From: Planctomycetota bacterium
GTDB lineage: Bacteria; Planctomycetota; UBA11346
Assembly (NCBI GenBank): GCA_038231435.1
Contig: JBBRLJ010000023.1
Coordinates: 1-64,000 of the forward strand
Direction of reading: 5' to 3'
Length of the DNA: 64,000 nt
Shown here: piece after piece, positions 1-13,357 of the stretch
Position numbering within the stretch: position 1 is the stretch's first letter
Layout: each line of letters begins with the position of its first letter
Notes under the pieces: generated by a model
Seen by the model: only the letters and a program-made list of their open reading frames with translations
Databases searched by the model: none
What the model was told of the DNA's origin: nothing
Translations under genes and position numbers: made by a program

Positions 1-46
1 AAGAAGGACGACAAAGGCCGTGGGGGCCGGGGGCGAAGCCCCCGCA
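1..46 (-). repeat. Structured repeat family A, reverse copy, truncated by the window edge
   Basis: Reverse complement reads GGGGGCTTCGCCCCC-GG-CCCCCACGGCC-TTTGTC-GTCC, the same head architecture as the other copies. Confidence 0.7.
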
Positions 47-52
47 CAAAAA

Positions 53-180
53 GGCCTACCCCACGGGCTTTGTCGGGGCTCGGTTTCTCCGCTTCGCTAC
101 GAAACCGTCGGCGGATCGGCTTCGCCGATTGTATCCGCCGCCCGCCCCTCGGCGCCCGCCCCATCGCTGGGCGATGGGGC
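53..180 (+). repeat. Structured repeat family A, forward copy
   Basis: GGCCTACCCCACGGGCTTTGTCGGGGCTCG...GCCCCTCGGCGCCCG, closely matching the copies at 3644-3818, 39956-40278 and 42868-42997. Confidence 0.9.
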
Positions 181-208
181 CCCCGTCCCATCGGGCGGCC
201 CAGCCGCC

Positions 209-256
209 CGGCCGCCGAGTCCTGGTTTGCGTGAACAATGGGCGCAGCCCATCACG
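209..256 (-). repeat. Structured repeat family A, reverse tail fragment
   Basis: Plus strand GCCGAGTCCTGGTTTGCGTGAACAATGGGCGCAGCCCATCACG matches 9054-9097; reverse complement ends GGAC-TCGGC-GGCCG. Confidence 0.75.
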
Positions 257-259
257 GAT

Positions 260-1570
260 TTAGCCGTTGGGAAAATAAACGACTTTTTCCTGCGTGTAAT
301 CCAGCAGCGTCGCCATCGTGCCTTCGCGTCCAGTGCCTGAATCCTTCATGCCTCCGTAGGGCAGGCGGTCGTCGCGGCGGCCGGGCACGTCATTCACCAC
401 CAGGGTTCCCACGCTCAGGCGCTCGAAGGCGGTCGCGATCGCGGCGCGATCGGCGCTGAACATGCCGGCCTGCAAGCCGAACGGGGTATCGTCGGCGATC
501 GCCAGGGCGTGGTCGAGATCACGGTAGGCGTGCAGCGTGGCGATCGGCGCGAAGACCTCGCTGTCGCGCACCTGCGGATGCGCGGCTGGTACGCCGTCGA
601 CCAGCGTCGGCTCCAGCACCAGGCCGTTCCACCGGCCGCCAGCGAGCACGCGTCCGCCGGCGGCGCGGTAGGCGTCGAGCACGCCATCGATGCGCGCCTT
701 GGCGCGTTCGTCGATCACTGGGCCGCACACGGTGCGTTCATCCCACGGGTCGCCGGTGGGGACGCGCGCGAAGGCGGCCACCAGCGCGTCGCGCCATGCC
801 ACGCTCAGCGCGGGAGTCTCGGGGATGAGGATGCGCTGCACGCTGATGCACACCTGTCCGGCGTTGGCGGTGGCGCCGCACGCCACGGTGTCGGCGATCG
901 CGGCCATGGCCGGTTGCGCGATGTCCTCGCCGAGGATGACGGCGGCGTTGCCGCCGAGCTCGAGCAGGCATCTCGCCGAGGTCGCCAGGCGTCGGAGCTG
1001 CTTGCCGACCGGGACCGAGCCCGTGAACGACATCACCGCCAGGCGCGGGTCGGCGCACAGTCCGGCGACCTCGTCGTTGGACAGCTGCCGCACGGTGACC
1101 ATTCCGGGCGGTGCGCCAGCGCGTCGCAGCAGCTCGAGCGTTGCCTCGGCGACGCCGGGCGCAAGCGGGCTCGGCTTCCAGATCACTGGGCAACCGGCGG
1201 CGATGGCGGGGCACAGCTTGTGCAGCGAGAGGTTGAGCGGAAAATTGAACGGGGTCACCGCCAGCACCGGCCCGAGGGGGACGCGGTGGATCTCGCCGCG
1301 CGCTCCGGAGCCGAGGTCGACGCTGCGCGGTTCGAGCGAGGCCATCGCCTGGGCGGTGCCGCGGATGGTGCCGAGCCCTCGCGCGACCTCGATGCGGCTG
1401 AGCGCGATCGGTTTCGCCGTCGCCGCCGTGATCGCGCGCGCCAGATCCTCGGCGGCTCCTTCGACCAGGGTCGCGAAACGTCCGAGGATCAGCCGCCGCT
1501 GGGCGAGCGGCGGCGGGACGAACGTGCGCAGCGCATTGAGATCGACGGAATCATCGGTCGGTTGGATCAT
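260..1570 (-). CDS. Aldehyde dehydrogenase family protein
   Basis: TPFNFP, SFTGS, LELGGN, AGQVCISVQR (catalytic Cys), EVFAP, PYGGMKDSG motifs. Confidence 0.93.
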   Translation of the reverse strand: MIQPTDDSVDLNALRTFVPPPLAQRRLILGRFATLVEGAAEDLARAITAATAKPIALSRIEVARGLGTIRGTAQAMASLEPRSVDLGSGARGEIHRVPLGPVLAVTPFNFPLNLSLHKLCPAIAAGCPVIWKPSPLAPGVAEATLELLRRAGAPPGMVTVRQLSNDEVAGLCADPRLAVMSFTGSVPVGKQLRRLATSARCLLELGGNAAVILGEDIAQPAMAAIADTVACGATANAGQVCISVQRILIPETPALSVAWRDALVAAFARVPTGDPWDERTVCGPVIDERAKARIDGVLDAYRAAGGRVLAGGRWNGLVLEPTLVDGVPAAHPQVRDSEVFAPIATLHAYRDLDHALAIADDTPFGLQAGMFSADRAAIATAFERLSVGTLVVNDVPGRRDDRLPYGGMKDSGTGREGTMATLLDYTQEKVVYFPNG

Positions 1571-1591
1571 GGCTACCTCCGCAGAGCGGGC

Positions 1592-2941
<1,350 letters not shown>

Positions 2942-3058
2942 GGCCGCACGGTATCCCATATCGACGGAAGCACTACGGGGCCTGGTCCGGAACGGGCCAG
3001 ACTTTCGCTCGAGCAAAATCCATGGTATCTCCTACTCCACCGTCCCCGAGAGGATCCC

Positions 3059-3640
3059 ATGCGTCAGCTGCTCTTGTTCGTGCTCATCACCGCGGGTCTG
3101 TGTGCCACCGGCTGCGGCGGCCCCCGCTACATGGAGCCCGGTTCACGACTCGACGCGCCGCCCGCGGGCAAAGCGCTGGTGAACGTCCACCGCCCCTCGA
3201 CGGCGTACGGCTCAGGCGAGGACCTCATCGTCTGGGACGGCGAGCAGGTCATCGGCAACACCCACGGCAAGGACATGTTCCAGTACGCTTGCGATCCCGG
3301 CCACCACGTCTTCCACGCCAAGCATCTGAATGTCTCGCTGCTGACCGCCGATCTCGTCGCCGGCAAGACCTACGACATCGTCAGCGATTGCGGTCCGAAC
3401 TTCGTGCCGTTCCAGCCCGGTTTCCGCCTGTGGCTGAACGCCGTCGGTCCGGATCGCGAAAGCCAGGTCGGCCAATGGCTGGGCAAGGAGACCACCCTGG
3501 TGCTCTCGCCCAAGGCCGAAAGCGAGCGCCTGACCTACCAGAAGAAGCACCTCGCCGACGTCACCCGCTACGTCCACGATTACACCGAAGGCGATAAGAA
3601 GGACAAGGCTTCGGCGATTCCCGCCAGCGCGGGGCATTAG
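3059..3640 (+). CDS. Hypothetical lipoprotein
   Basis: Signal peptide with lipobox-like ATGC, AGGA upstream, typical codon usage. Confidence 0.75.
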   Translation: MRQLLLFVLITAGLCATGCGGPRYMEPGSRLDAPPAGKALVNVHRPSTAYGSGEDLIVWDGEQVIGNTHGKDMFQYACDPGHHVFHAKHLNVSLLTADLVAGKTYDIVSDCGPNFVPFQPGFRLWLNAVGPDRESQVGQWLGKETTLVLSPKAESERLTYQKKHLADVTRYVHDYTEGDKKDKASAIPASAGH

Positions 3641-3643
3641 CAT

Positions 3644-3818
3644 TCAGGGGCGAAGCCCCTGATTACATCCGGAGCGACAGCGACCGGGCGCCGAGGGGCG
3701 GTGGGCGGATACAATCGGCGCAGCCGATCCGCCCACGATGTCGCAGCGAAGCGGAGACATCGAGCCCCGACAAAGCCCGTGGGGTAGGCCCGCAGGGCCG
3801 TAGGGGCGGAGCCCCTGA
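3644..3818 (-). repeat. Structured repeat family A, full reverse copy between convergent genes
   Basis: Reverse complement matches 39956-40088 closely; bounded by AGGGGC-NNN-GCCCCT hairpins at both ends. Confidence 0.9.
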
Positions 3819-3826
3819 AAAAAATG

Positions 3827-4837
3827 TCAGCGCTTGGATTCACCCGGCCACCAGATGCCGATCTGGTGGCGGAGGTCGTCGAGCAGCTTCATGCCGGCGA
3901 GGCTGTCGGCCCAGGTGCAGGTAGGTGAGTGGCGCGCCTCGCGGTACTCGGCAACGGCCAGCGCTTCGCGCGCGTACAGGGCGATGCCGTCGTCGGCGGT
4001 GATGCGGTCGTCGGGCTTGCCGGGAATGCGGACGATCAGCGGTGCGTTCGGCGGGCACCGCCACGGCTCGACCACCTCGATGGAGCCGAGCGAGCCGTAG
4101 ATGGTCGCGGCGCTCGGCTGCGCGCAGCGCACGGCGGTGGCGAAGGTGCCGATCGCGCCTGAGGGGAAGCGCAGCACCCCGGCGGCCCATTCGTCGACGC
4201 CGGTCGCGCCCTTGATGCCGGCGGCCTTCGCCGAGATCGGCTCGGCGCCGACGATCCAGCGCATCCAGCTCAGCGGATAGACGCCCACATCCATCAGCCC
4301 GCCGCCTCCTTGCTCGGGCGCGAACAAGCGCGGCCGGTCCATGCCCGATCCGTCGAAGGCGAACACCGCGTGCAGCATGCGCACCTCGCCAATGACGCCG
4401 TCGGCGAGCAGCTTGCGCAGCGTCGCGTAGCGCGGATGGCAGCGATAGGCGTAGGCTTCCATGAAGAACACGCCGGCGCGCTCGACCGCCGCGAGCACGG
4501 TGCCGAGTTCGGCCGCGGTCATCGCCGCTGGCTTCTCGCAGAGGATGTGCTTGCCGGCCTGGGCGGCGGCGATCGACCAGCGCGCGTGCTGGTGGTTGAG
4601 CAGGCTGATGTAGACCGCGTCCACGCCCGGATCGGCGAGCACCGCCTCGTAGGAGCCGTGCGCGGCGCAGCCGCCATGCGCGGCGGCGAAGGCCGCGGCC
4701 TTGGCCGCGTCGCGGCTGCCGACCGCGGTCAACGCGGCGCGCTCGCCGAGCGTGGCCAGGTCCTTGGCGAATTTCCCGGCGATGTTGCCAGTGCCGAGGA
4801 TGCCCCAGCGCAGCTTCCTGCTCAGTTGAGTGCTCAT
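3827..4837 (-). CDS. Gfo/Idh/MocA family oxidoreductase
   Basis: WGILGTGNIA Rossmann motif, GKHILCEKP, GGGLMDVGVY. Confidence 0.93.
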   Translation of the reverse strand: MSTQLSRKLRWGILGTGNIAGKFAKDLATLGERAALTAVGSRDAAKAAAFAAAHGGCAAHGSYEAVLADPGVDAVYISLLNHQHARWSIAAAQAGKHILCEKPAAMTAAELGTVLAAVERAGVFFMEAYAYRCHPRYATLRKLLADGVIGEVRMLHAVFAFDGSGMDRPRLFAPEQGGGGLMDVGVYPLSWMRWIVGAEPISAKAAGIKGATGVDEWAAGVLRFPSGAIGTFATAVRCAQPSAATIYGSLGSIEVVEPWRCPPNAPLIVRIPGKPDDRITADDGIALYAREALAVAEYREARHSPTCTWADSLAGMKLLDDLRHQIGIWWPGESKR

Positions 4838-6198
4838 GGCGAACCGGGTCCCGGAGGCGCGGGGGCCCGGTTGCCGGCATCGGCCGAGGCCTTGGTGATG
4901 GCCGCGATCACGGCGGCGGCCGCGAACTCGCCGCTCCATCGGGCCAGTTCCTGGCCCTCGCGCGACTGCAGCACCGCGAGTGGCGTGCGGCCAACGAAAC
5001 GCAGCTGCGACAGCCTGGCCTTGTCGCCCTCGACGAGTTCCGCCACAGCGGCGGCATGCGCTCTAGCCTGGCGCTCGAGCGCGTCGACGCCCACAGCCTG
5101 CCCGGACGGTCCGTGCGCGAGCTCGGTATCGCTCGCTCCCGGGTGGCTGCCGAGCATGGCCGAGACATACGCGCGATGGCGGCCCTCGGCCGCGGCGGCG
5201 AAGGCCCAACGCGCGAGCGATGGGCTGGCCGGTTCATAGGCGCGGACCACGTGGCGCACGATCACGCGCACGCGCCCGTCGGCGAGGGGATCCGCCAGCG
5301 CGCGCATCAGCGCATCGTGGAGCTCGGCGCAGTGCGGGCATTGGAAGTCGATGGCCAGCTCGAGCGTCAGCGTCGCCTCATCGACGCCGATCCGCCGGCC
5401 GGTGTCCGCGGAGCGTTCCCAGGCGCGCTCGGCGGCATCGAGCGGGGCGAGGACGGCCCCTGGATGCGGCGGCTCGACGTCGACGCGCAGCGCCGGCCCA
5501 TACGCCACCAGCAGCAGCAGGAATCCGGCGGTGGCGGAGGCGATGCGCGAGAAGGCGCGCAGATGTCCCGCGCGCAGCGGCCCGATCAGCGCCAGCACCG
5601 CGGTGTGGTAGGCCAGGCACTGGTGGCAGGCGGAGCCGAGGCGGAACGAGGTCATCAGGTAGAAGGCGCTGCCGCCGACCATCGCCCAGGCGAAGGCCTG
5701 GATCCAGGCCGGCGTCGGCGGGTCGTCGGCCTGGTCGGGGCGCGGACGGCTCCACAGGTGACAGCTGGCGAGGGCGACCTGCAGCGCGAGGGAGGCGTAG
5801 AAGGCGAGCTTCACCACCGGGGTGCTGCCCAGGTATTCGTAGCCCCTGCCGCCCTGGCAGGCGATGTCGCACGGCCACCAGGTCGGCTGGTGGCGCGCGA
5901 GCAGCAGCGCCGCAGCGACCAAAACGGTGATCGCCGAGAGGTGCTCGAGCCAGCGCCGGTCGCCGCGCAGGCGCCTGCCGACCAGCCAGGAGCCGACCAC
6001 GACGAGGATAGAGAGGAGAGCGGCGAGCGCCGTCGGCGCCCAGCGCCACGACGACACCGCGACGATGTCCGCACCGAGCAGCGAGAGCCCGACCACGGCA
6101 CCTGGCAGCGCCAATTTTCGCCGCAGCCTGCCCGACACCGCCGTGACTCTCGCGGACACGCTTGCGGAGAGCCGCTTCGAGATCCGTTCGAGCGTCAT
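4834..6198 (-). CDS. Membrane VKOR-like domain fused to a DsbA/thioredoxin domain
   Basis: Several TM segments with CDIAC loop cysteines and CHQC; C-terminal DFQCPHC and a RTP cis-Pro-like motif. Confidence 0.7.
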   Translation of the reverse strand: MTLERISKRLSASVSARVTAVSGRLRRKLALPGAVVGLSLLGADIVAVSSWRWAPTALAALLSILVVVGSWLVGRRLRGDRRWLEHLSAITVLVAAALLLARHQPTWWPCDIACQGGRGYEYLGSTPVVKLAFYASLALQVALASCHLWSRPRPDQADDPPTPAWIQAFAWAMVGGSAFYLMTSFRLGSACHQCLAYHTAVLALIGPLRAGHLRAFSRIASATAGFLLLLVAYGPALRVDVEPPHPGAVLAPLDAAERAWERSADTGRRIGVDEATLTLELAIDFQCPHCAELHDALMRALADPLADGRVRVIVRHVVRAYEPASPSLARWAFAAAAEGRHRAYVSAMLGSHPGASDTELAHGPSGQAVGVDALERQARAHAAAVAELVEGDKARLSQLRFVGRTPLAVLQSREGQELARWSGEFAAAAVIAAITKASADAGNRAPAPPGPGSP

Positions 6199-6674
6199 TC
6201 CTTCTCGGCCAGTCCGAGCACGATCTTTGGCGATAGCAGCAGCCGCAGCTCCATCTTGCCGGCGAACGGCTCGCCCTCGAGCATGGCGATGCCCGCCTTC
6301 TTGAGCGGCACCGCCTGGCCGCCGAGCAGATGGCCGAGGAACGCGCCGAGGTCGGGCTCATGGCCGACCAGCGCGACGTCGACGACCTTGGGCAGTTCGC
6401 GTAGCCAGATCTCAGGAGCCGCGGCGCCGCCGGATAGCCAGGCGACCTCGCGCAGCGGCAGTTTCCAGGCCACGCTGGCGAGCTCGGCGGTCTGGCGCGC
6501 GCGCGTCCACGGCGAGGTCCAGACTTCGTCTGCCTTCACGTACGGCTTCACCAGCTTGAACACGCGGGTCGCCTGCTCGATGCCATCCTTGGTCAGGGGG
6601 CGTTCGCGATCGTCCTGGGGACGCCACTGCTCGCGATCGAGGGCCTTGCCGTGGCGAACGAGGATCAGGCGCAT
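6195..6674 (-). CDS. sixA: Phosphohistidine phosphatase SixA family
   Basis: LILVRHG, RPLT, SPWTRARQTA, LVGHEP. Confidence 0.88.
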   Translation of the reverse strand: MRLILVRHGKALDREQWRPQDDRERPLTKDGIEQATRVFKLVKPYVKADEVWTSPWTRARQTAELASVAWKLPLREVAWLSGGAAAPEIWLRELPKVVDVALVGHEPDLGAFLGHLLGGQAVPLKKAGIAMLEGEPFAGKMELRLLLSPKIVLGLAEKE

Positions 6675-6826
6675 GTGGCTCCTCGCTGAACATGGCACGC
6701 TGGAGCGGCAAATCCACACCGAGGAGGAGCTGCATGCACGTCGACTGGCGGGACCACTCCTGGCGCTGGCGCGCGGTGCGCTTGCACGATCACGTGCACC
6801 GCTAGCGTACCCGGCCCGGAGACGCC

Positions 6827-8140
<1,314 letters not shown>

Positions 8141-8158
8141 TACGGCCTGGGCGGGCCT

Positions 8159-8974
8159 TCACGGGTGCGCCCCACGTTTTTTGCGTTCGATTCCCGCGAG
8201 ACGCATGCCGGCGCGGATCAGCCACGGTGCGTGCCGGTAGAGCCACACCGCGCTGCGGCCATGGCCGGTGATCACGCGCTCGCGCGCACCGCGCGCGATA
8301 GCGCGCACCATGATGCGTGCCGCGCGATCGGCGCTCAGCTGCAGCCACGCCGGCGCGTCGTCAGCCGCCTCGGCGCGCAGCACACCGTGATTGTCGGTGC
8401 GGCGGATCTCGCTCTGGACGAATCCGGGACTCAGCAGGGTCACGCACACGCCCGCTGGCTCCAGTTCGTCGCGCAGGGATTCGCAGAACGCGCGCACCGC
8501 GAACTTGCTCATGCCGTATGGCGAGGCGCCGGGCATCGGTACATGGCCCATGACGCTGCCCATCACCGCGAGGCGGCCCTTGCTGGCGGTGAGGTCGGCC
8601 AGCGCGGCCCGCGCGGTGCGCAGCACGCCGAAGACGTTGGTCTCGAACTGGCGGCGGTAGTCGTCGAGCGACAGGTCGGCAAAGCGGCCGATGACGCCGA
8701 AGCCGGCATTGGCGATGGCGATGTCGAGTCCACCGAAGCGCTCGCGCGCCACCGCCACCGCGCGTTCGGGATCGCCGTCGATGCACACGTCGCAGGCGAC
8801 CGCCAGCGCTTCCGTTCCCGCGGCGGCGAGCTCGGCGCGCAGGAGCTCGAGCCGATCCACACGGCGCGCCGCGAGCACCAGCCGCGCTCCGCGTCGCGCA
8901 TACTCACGCGCCAACGCCTCGCCGATCCCGGACGAAGCGCCCGTGATGAGCACGCGGAGTCCAGTGGCGGCCAT
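8159..8974 (-). CDS. Short-chain dehydrogenase/reductase
   Basis: TGASSGIG, NAG, YGMSK catalytic motif. Confidence 0.92.
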   Translation of the reverse strand: MAATGLRVLITGASSGIGEALAREYARRGARLVLAARRVDRLELLRAELAAAGTEALAVACDVCIDGDPERAVAVARERFGGLDIAIANAGFGVIGRFADLSLDDYRRQFETNVFGVLRTARAALADLTASKGRLAVMGSVMGHVPMPGASPYGMSKFAVRAFCESLRDELEPAGVCVTLLSPGFVQSEIRRTDNHGVLRAEAADDAPAWLQLSADRAARIMVRAIARGARERVITGHGRSAVWLYRHAPWLIRAGMRLAGIERKKRGAHP

Positions 8975-9049
8975 GGGCAAAGCATGTCCCGCACCCCGGC
9001 CACGCCAAGCTCCGCGGTGATGCTCAGGATCGCACCCCCCGACTTCCCC

Positions 9050-9168
9050 CGAGCGCCGAATCCTGGTTTGCGTGAACCATGGGCGGAGCCCATCACGCAA
9101 ACTTTTGGCCGCCCGGCGGACAAAAAGAGGGATGACAAAGCTCGTGGGGGTTTGGGGGCAAAGCCCCC
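9050..9168 (-). repeat. Structured repeat family A, divergent reverse copy
   Basis: Reverse complement: GGGGGCTTTGCCCCC-AA-ACCCCCACGAGC-TTTGTC-ATCC...GGAT-TCGGC-GCTCG with two internal hairpins. Confidence 0.8.
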
Positions 9169-9171
9169 GAC

Positions 9172-9357
9172 TTAAGAGTCAGTGCGGCCCTTCTCGACTA
9201 CACTCCACTCGCCATCCTCATCCTCCTGGTAGGCGGTGTAGCGGTAGACCGAGGACTGCGAGACGGCCCACGAACGGAACCCTTCGAGCGAGGCCCAGCG
9301 CTCCTCGCGCTCCTCGCCGTCGGAAGAGATGAAATGGATGAGGAACCCGGAGGACAT
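9172..9357 (-). CDS. Small hypothetical protein (61 aa)
   Basis: MSSGFLIHF...; globular-looking, Trp/Tyr/acidic composition unlike GC-rich shadow ORFs. Confidence 0.65.
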   Translation of the reverse strand: MSSGFLIHFISSDGEEREERWASLEGFRSWAVSQSSVYRYTAYQEDEDGEWSVVEKGRTDS

Positions 9358-9530
9358 CCCTGTCCACTGTCGCCACCGGGCGCGGCCTTGGCAAGCCCAG
9401 GCGCCAACAGGCATCAACCATCGACCGATAGCAGAAAACCGATGATCGGCACCCATCACCATCCGCGCACGCCGTTCAAGGCCCCGTGGCGCGGCGAGGG
9501 GATGCCATAGGCTGCGGACCGGAGACGGGC

Positions 9531-10652
<1,122 letters not shown>

Positions 10653-10657
10653 ATTTC

Positions 10658-10819
10658 ACGTGCGGCGTGCGGGGTGCGGGGTGCGGCGAAACCGCAGGAA
10701 GCCGCGGCGAGCGGCGGCCGTGGAGGCCGCGGTCCGGAGGGTATGGTGTCGCGCTGGAGTCGCGGCAGACTTGCCCGGACTGCGGTTTCGCCGCACGCCG
10801 CACCACGTACCCCGCACGT
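10658..10819. repeat. Fold-back element with ~40-bp inverted arms built from heptamers (SGTGCGG)
   Basis: Left arm CGTGCGG CGTGCGG GGTGCGG GGTGCGG CGAAACCGCAG; right arm CTGCGGTTTCG CCGCACG CCGCACC ACGTACC CCGCACG. Confidence 0.85.
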
Positions 10820-10834
10820 CGTAGTCGAAAGACC

Positions 10835-11926
10835 ATGTCCCACATCCGCACCTTCCGCCGTCTCGCCGTGCTCACCGAGGGTGGGCTCGACATCTACCGC
10901 AACAAGACGGCCATGGGCCTGCTGCGCTTCCGCCCCGAGGACGTGGTGTGCGTGATCGATTCGAAGCATGCCGGCTGGGATCTGCAGGAGCTCACCGGCG
11001 TCGGCCAGGGGATCCCGGTGGTTTCGGGCGTCGAGGAGGCGGTGGGCATGGGCATCGAATGGCTGGTGATCGGCGTGGCGACCCCCGGCGGCTATCTGCC
11101 GAAGGCGCTACGTCCGCAGGTATACGAGGCCATCCGCAACAAGATCGGCGTGATCTCTGGGCTGCACGAGAGCGTCGACGGCGATCCCAACCTGGTCGCG
11201 CTCGCGGCGCGCCATTGCGTGGAACTGGTGAACCTGCGCAAGGTGCCCGATCACGAGCACACCATCTCCACCGCCAAGGCGCGTGGCACCGCCGCGCTGC
11301 GGGTGCTCACCGTCGGCACCGACACCAACATCGGCAAGACCACCACCTCGCTGTCGCTCGACCGCTGGCTGCGCGCCAACGGCCACAAGTCGCGCTTCGT
11401 CGCCACCGGCCAGGACGGCATCATGGTCACCGGCAGGGGCCTGTGCATCGACCGCGTGATCTCGGACTTCACCGGCGGCGCCGTCGAGCGCCTGATCCTG
11501 CACGAGGCGAAGGGCGCGGACATCCTGGTCATCGAGGGGCAGAACTCGATCCTGTCGCCGTGCTATTCGGGCTCGGCGCTGAGCCTGCTGCATGGCAGTT
11601 GTCCGGACGCGATGATCCTCTGCCACAGCGCGACGCGCACCCATTTGCGCCATACCGATGTGCCGGTCCCGCCGCTGAAGCGCTACATCGAACTCTACGA
11701 GGCGATGCTGGCTCCACTGCACCCCGGCAAGGTGGTGGCCATCGCCCTGAACACCCTGGAGCTGGACGATGCGCATGCGCGCGCGGCGGTGAAGCAGGCC
11801 CACCAGGAGACCAGGCTCCCGGTCGCGGACCCGGTCCGCGGGGGCGAGGACGCCTGCCGCATGCTCGCCGAGGCCGTGCTGTCGGTCAGGCGCCCGCGCG
11901 CGGTCCGCAAGCGCGCCCGCGCCTGA
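10835..11926 (+). CDS. DUF1611 family protein (P-loop, DgcN-like)
   Basis: KTAMGLLRF, SGLH, VGTDTNIGKTTT, ATGQDG, IEGQ, LLHGSCPD. Confidence 0.88.
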   Translation: MSHIRTFRRLAVLTEGGLDIYRNKTAMGLLRFRPEDVVCVIDSKHAGWDLQELTGVGQGIPVVSGVEEAVGMGIEWLVIGVATPGGYLPKALRPQVYEAIRNKIGVISGLHESVDGDPNLVALAARHCVELVNLRKVPDHEHTISTAKARGTAALRVLTVGTDTNIGKTTTSLSLDRWLRANGHKSRFVATGQDGIMVTGRGLCIDRVISDFTGGAVERLILHEAKGADILVIEGQNSILSPCYSGSALSLLHGSCPDAMILCHSATRTHLRHTDVPVPPLKRYIELYEAMLAPLHPGKVVAIALNTLELDDAHARAAVKQAHQETRLPVADPVRGGEDACRMLAEAVLSVRRPRAVRKRARA

Positions 11927-12141
11927 CGTCTTCGGCCACCTCTTTTAGCCAAGGCCTTGCGCAGGGATGCGGCACCGCCTGACCCTGGTGGTCATCGGAT
12001 CCGCATCCACCGCTGGGTCCGAGGCTGGTCCGAGGCAGCAGTCATCGCTATCGATCGGCATGAGCATTGCAGGAGGAGACCCTCGTGCATCCTGTCACCA
12101 TGATCTCGCGCCGCCCGTTTGCCTCCCTGTTCGACCTGGTG

Positions 12142-13197
12142 ATGCCGATGACGCGGCGCGCCTTCTGCCCGGTCGCCCTGGTCGTCCTCGTGTCGGCGAA
12201 TGCCGCATGTGCCGAGACCGCGGCGACCGCAGCCGACAAGGCTCCCGATCCGCTGCTCACGTTGCCGGTCCTGCCGAAGCCCGAGATCGCGACCATCGAG
12301 CCGCTGGCGCGTGGCGAGCCGTTGCCCGGAGTCGCCGGCGTGCGCTACGTCCTCGGCGAACGCGTCGCGCTCGATGGCAGCACCAACATCGATCACGGCC
12401 CGGTTGACGGGCTCGAGGTGCTGGCCTGCCTGAAGGATGGCAAGACCCACGAAGCGCTGGTCAGGCTCGACACCACCACCGGGCAGTGGGTGAAGTTCGC
12501 CTGCATCCGCGCCCTGGGCCTCGAGTCAGATGGCATGCCGACCGCCGAGGGCAGCGGCGTGCCCGCGCGCGGCACGCCGGTTCGCCTGCGTTTGGCCTGG
12601 AAGGACGAAGACGGCAAGACGCGCATCGTCGATGCCAGCTGCCTGGTGCGCGACCGGGTGATGGATCGCGCATACCCGCCGCTGCCGTTCGTCTACACCG
12701 GCAGCCGGTTCCAGGTGATCCAGGAGCAAGGGCCCGACGGCACGACCAAGCGCAAGGAGCGGTTCATGCTCGACAGCACGCGCTCGATCGCGGTCAATTT
12801 CGACGAGCCGGACGCGCTGCTCGCCAGCCCCTTCCCGGGCGCCTCGGACGACGCCCGTTTCGAGGCCAACAGCGCCCTGGTGCCTTCCGCGGGGACGGTG
12901 ATCGAACTGGTGATCGAGAAGGCCCAGCTGCCCTTCACCCTGGACATGGACGAGACCGGGGCGCTCAGCTACGAGGGCCGTCCTCGGCACGAGGCATTGA
13001 ACGACCCAGCGCTGGGCGAGGTCCTGGCCGCCCATTACGGCGCGGGACTGCCCCCCGACGCCCTGCGGGCCGTGGGCGTCAAAGTGCGGCGCAGCGTCGA
13101 CCGCTCGCTCGACGTCGCCGCGCGCGCGCGGGTGTTGGCCGCCGCCGCCGCCGCCAAGGTCTGGGTGGTGCCGGTGTTCGTCCTCGCGGGCGAGTAA
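12142..13197 (+). CDS. YdjY-like exported protein (start uncertain)
   Basis: Signal-like N-terminus; LEVLAC..GKTHEA, ALGL, FVYTGS resemble the YdjY family. Confidence 0.6.
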   Translation: MPMTRRAFCPVALVVLVSANAACAETAATAADKAPDPLLTLPVLPKPEIATIEPLARGEPLPGVAGVRYVLGERVALDGSTNIDHGPVDGLEVLACLKDGKTHEALVRLDTTTGQWVKFACIRALGLESDGMPTAEGSGVPARGTPVRLRLAWKDEDGKTRIVDASCLVRDRVMDRAYPPLPFVYTGSRFQVIQEQGPDGTTKRKERFMLDSTRSIAVNFDEPDALLASPFPGASDDARFEANSALVPSAGTVIELVIEKAQLPFTLDMDETGALSYEGRPRHEALNDPALGEVLAAHYGAGLPPDALRAVGVKVRRSVDRSLDVAARARVLAAAAAAKVWVVPVFVLAGE

Positions 13198-13357
13198 CGG
13201 GCTGCATCACACGCTCTGGCGAGGGCTTGCGTCGAAACCCGCTCTTGCACCCAGACGGATTGGATGCCACTATTTGTGATAAGGCGGCAGGCCATGCCGC
13301 TGATGCTGCGGCGCCTCCGCCGACATCAGCGCACGAGCCAGCACGCGAGGAGCGCCC

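Noticed and set aside
53..180. Family A repeat as a tRNA or a known ribozyme (hammerhead)
   Set aside because: No T-loop, D-loop or CCA features and no CUGANGA/GAAA core were recognised; an Rfam search is still needed.
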